From positions 5,791,150-5,855,013 of the forward strand of contig NC_081361.1 in the NCBI RefSeq assembly GCF_030684315.1: a stretch of 63,864 nt of DNA, given 5' to 3'. The translations under genes were made by a program, and so were the position numbers. Origin of the DNA: Stegostoma tigrinum (Eukaryota). Positions 61,130 to 63,864 of the stretch are shown piece after piece. The notes beneath the pieces are model-generated. The model made no database searches, was not told the origin of the DNA, and saw only the letters and a program-made list of their open reading frames with translations. Every line of letters starts with the position of its first letter. Within the stretch, counting starts at the first letter, position 1.

Positions 61130-63864
61130 TGGAAATGGGGAACCGTGGAGCATGTGTAAAAGTTTTCATTTGAGAAAGAACCATTTTACAAAACTTTGCG
61201 GTGATTTGGTAAAAGGAGACTGGGATCAGCGACTTAATGGGAAATCGATGTCAGGGCAGTGGGAGGCCTACAAGGATGAAGCAGAGATCATTCAGAATCT
61301 CTTCCCACAAAGAGTAAGGGTGGGATTCCCAAATCCACACTCTCAATCCAGAATGTGAGAAAGCAGCCAGGGTAAGGAAGGCCAAACAGGGAAGGTGGAC
61401 CCGGAGTTCAATCATGCACAAAACCGAGAGGGGATTAGAAAGTTACCGAGTGAAATTAAAAGCAAAGAGCTGATAGGATGTAATATGTCCAAATGAGCAA
61501 GGGAAGGCCCAAAGATGTTTTGTAAGCACAGAAATAACAAGAGAATTGAGAGTCGGGTACTGACAAGGAGAGAGAACTGGTTGGCAGGGAGGACACAAAG
61601 ATTCGCAATAAATGGATCTTTGTCTGAATTTCAGGTAGTTACTAGTTGTTGTACACCACAGACATCAGGACTTCAGTTATTCACAATATAGAATAATAGA
61701 GTCATAGTGACCCGCAGCACTCAAAAAGGCCCTTCGGCCCATCGTGTCTGTGCTGATCAAAAACAACAATCGAACTATTCTGATCCATTTTTACAGCATG
61801 AGAGAAATAAACGGGGAATGTTTTCCAGAAGGAATTAAATTTAGGTTGAAGGATTTAAGGGATGTGGGGAGAAAGCAGGAACAGGGTACAGAGTTGGATG
61901 ATTAACTGTGATGATACTGAATGGTGAAGCAGGTTTGAAGGGCTGAATGGCTACTCCCTGCTCCTATGTACATTGTTTCTATCTGTTTCTCTGATAATGA
62001 AGGAAAGTCACTCGTCAATTTGAAACTGGAAGTAACCCCCAAGTAGAGGTGGAAGACGTGGCCATGTGCTTCATGAATACAGGTAAGGAAGGTGGTTAAG
62101 AAGACAAGTGGGGTAAGTTTTTTAACTTTATTCCTTGATGAAATGAAGAATTTGTCAGGAATGGGGAGTTTTAACTTTCAGGAATGATTAGATAGGCTGG
62201 GGCTGTTTTCTTTGGGACAGAGGAGACTAAGGGGAGATCTGATGTGGGTGTGTAAAATGGTGATGGGCCTGGATAGAGTCAATAGGATAGACTGTTTTCC
62301 ATCAACAGAAAAGGCAATAACCATGGGGAGAGACTGAAATGAATTGGAGATAGGGTTCAACGGAAATTTAGAAGTAATGTTTTTACCCAGAGGTTGATGG
62401 GACCCAGGACTCACTGTCTGAAAGTTTGGGAGAGGCAGAAATCCTCATTACTTTGTAAAAAAACACTTAGATATTCACTTGAAAGACTAAAACCTCCAAA
62501 GCTATGGAGCAAGTGTTGAAAAGTAGGATGGCACTTGATATCTCTTTACCAAACCTCTGATCACTCACAGATTGGCAGAACTTATTCGAGAACATTGGAG
62601 CAGACTGGGATCAACATATTTCAGGAAGGAATCATGTTGGGTGTCTGTGTAGAAGATTCTAGATTCACTTGGAATGTTGCTGCCCAACACTGGGCTGAGG
62701 TCAAGGGTGAGTCTGCAATGGGTTCTCAGTGTCCCGGTGTCAGACAGGGCCACTGTTCCCAATGACCCCATGACCCTGAAAGGTGTGAGGGTCAGAATCA
62801 GGAGATTCCAGCCACAGGGAAAAAGTTGTATGTGTGAAGCTGAAAAGGCTGAAGGTGGATAAATCACTCAGGCTGGATGGATTACACCAGATAATTCTGA
62901 AGGAGATCACTGAGGAGATTGTGGAGGCATTGTAGATGTGGAGGCATCTGCAATTGATGGAGTTGGGGCAGGGGAGTGGGGTCAGAGGACAGGAAAATGG
63001 CTCACGTGATACCCCTGTTTGAGAAGGGAGGGGGACAGAAGATGGGAAATTACAGGCCAGTTAGCCTGGACTTGGTTGTTGGTAAGATTTTACACTTCGA
63101 TTTAAAGATGAGATTGCAGAGGACTTGGAAATGCAATGGTAAAAAGAAGACTGAGTCAGCATCGGTTCATCAATGGGAGATCATGCTTGATAAATCTGTT
63201 AGATTTCTTTGAGGAGGCAATGAACCAGTTAGACAAAGGAGAGTCAGTGGATGTGACCTGCTTGTATCTCCAGAAGGCCTTTGACATAAGAAAAGAATCC
63301 GATATGTTAGGGGCAAGGTCCAGGCATGGACAAAGGATTGGCAGACTGGCAGAAGGCAGAGATTGGGGATAAGTAGCAGCTGGTGACGAGTGAAATTTTG
63401 CAGGGTTCTGTGTTCGGGCCACAACTGTTCACGCTATACATGAACAACCTGGATGAAGGAACAGAAGGCCTTGTTGCAAAGTTTGCAGATGACACAAAGA
63501 TTGGTGGGAGGGACAAGTAGTGTTGTGGAACAGGGTAGGCTGCAACAGATCCTAGACAGGCTCAGAGAGTTGGCAAAGAAATGGCAGATGGAATACAATA
63601 TAAAATGTGAGGTTTTGCACTTTGGTAGGAAGAAAAAATGCAAAGACTATTTTCTAGATGGGGAAAGGCTCGAAAATCTGAAGCACAGAGGGACTCAGGA
63701 GTCCTTGTTCAGCTTTCTTGATAGTTGACATGTAGGTTCAGTTGGTTGTTAGGAAGACAAATGCATTGTTAGCATTCATTTCAGTAGAGTTAGAATGTAA
63801 GAGCAGAGATGTTCTGCTGAGGCAGTATAAGGCTCTGGTCAGACCATATTTAGAATATCGCAAG
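61130..63864 (+). mobile_element. Mosaic of decayed CR1 fragments
   Basis: NYRPVSL, GRSCLINLLDFFE, LQKAFD, KFADDTK and CEVLHFG motifs. 62530-62820 is unassigned. Confidence 0.75.

Overview
Repeat-dense eukaryotic DNA from a cartilaginous fish. A shark is inferred from the close resemblance of the Ig segments to nurse-shark NS4/kappa as I recall it. The window holds one complete, unrearranged kappa-type Ig light-chain cluster on the + strand: leader 20127-20175, V 20362-20659 with a 12-RSS, J 21244-21278 with a 23-RSS, and C 28562-28890. The C exon of a second, convergently oriented cluster lies on the - strand (55301-55629; 21/329 nt differ from C1 by manual count); its V/J were not found and probably lie beyond the right edge. 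Between the clusters are three spliced but disabled exons of a RABGAP1L-like gene. The rest is mostly nested retroelements: CR1 and Rex1-like LINEs, Neptune-type Penelope-like elements (PLEs), a Gmr1-like Gypsy remnant, a solo LTR and SINEs. The most notable observations are: (1) a PLE-derived hammerhead ribozyme motif in sense orientation in the C1 3' UTR, absent from C2; (2) a flush V-J join would create TAG; (3) a RUNX/kappaB/EICE/E-box cluster upstream of V; (4) six inverted two-armed PLE insertions, including a 172-bp perfect palindrome. All alignments were done by eye, and repeat boundaries without TSDs are approximate.
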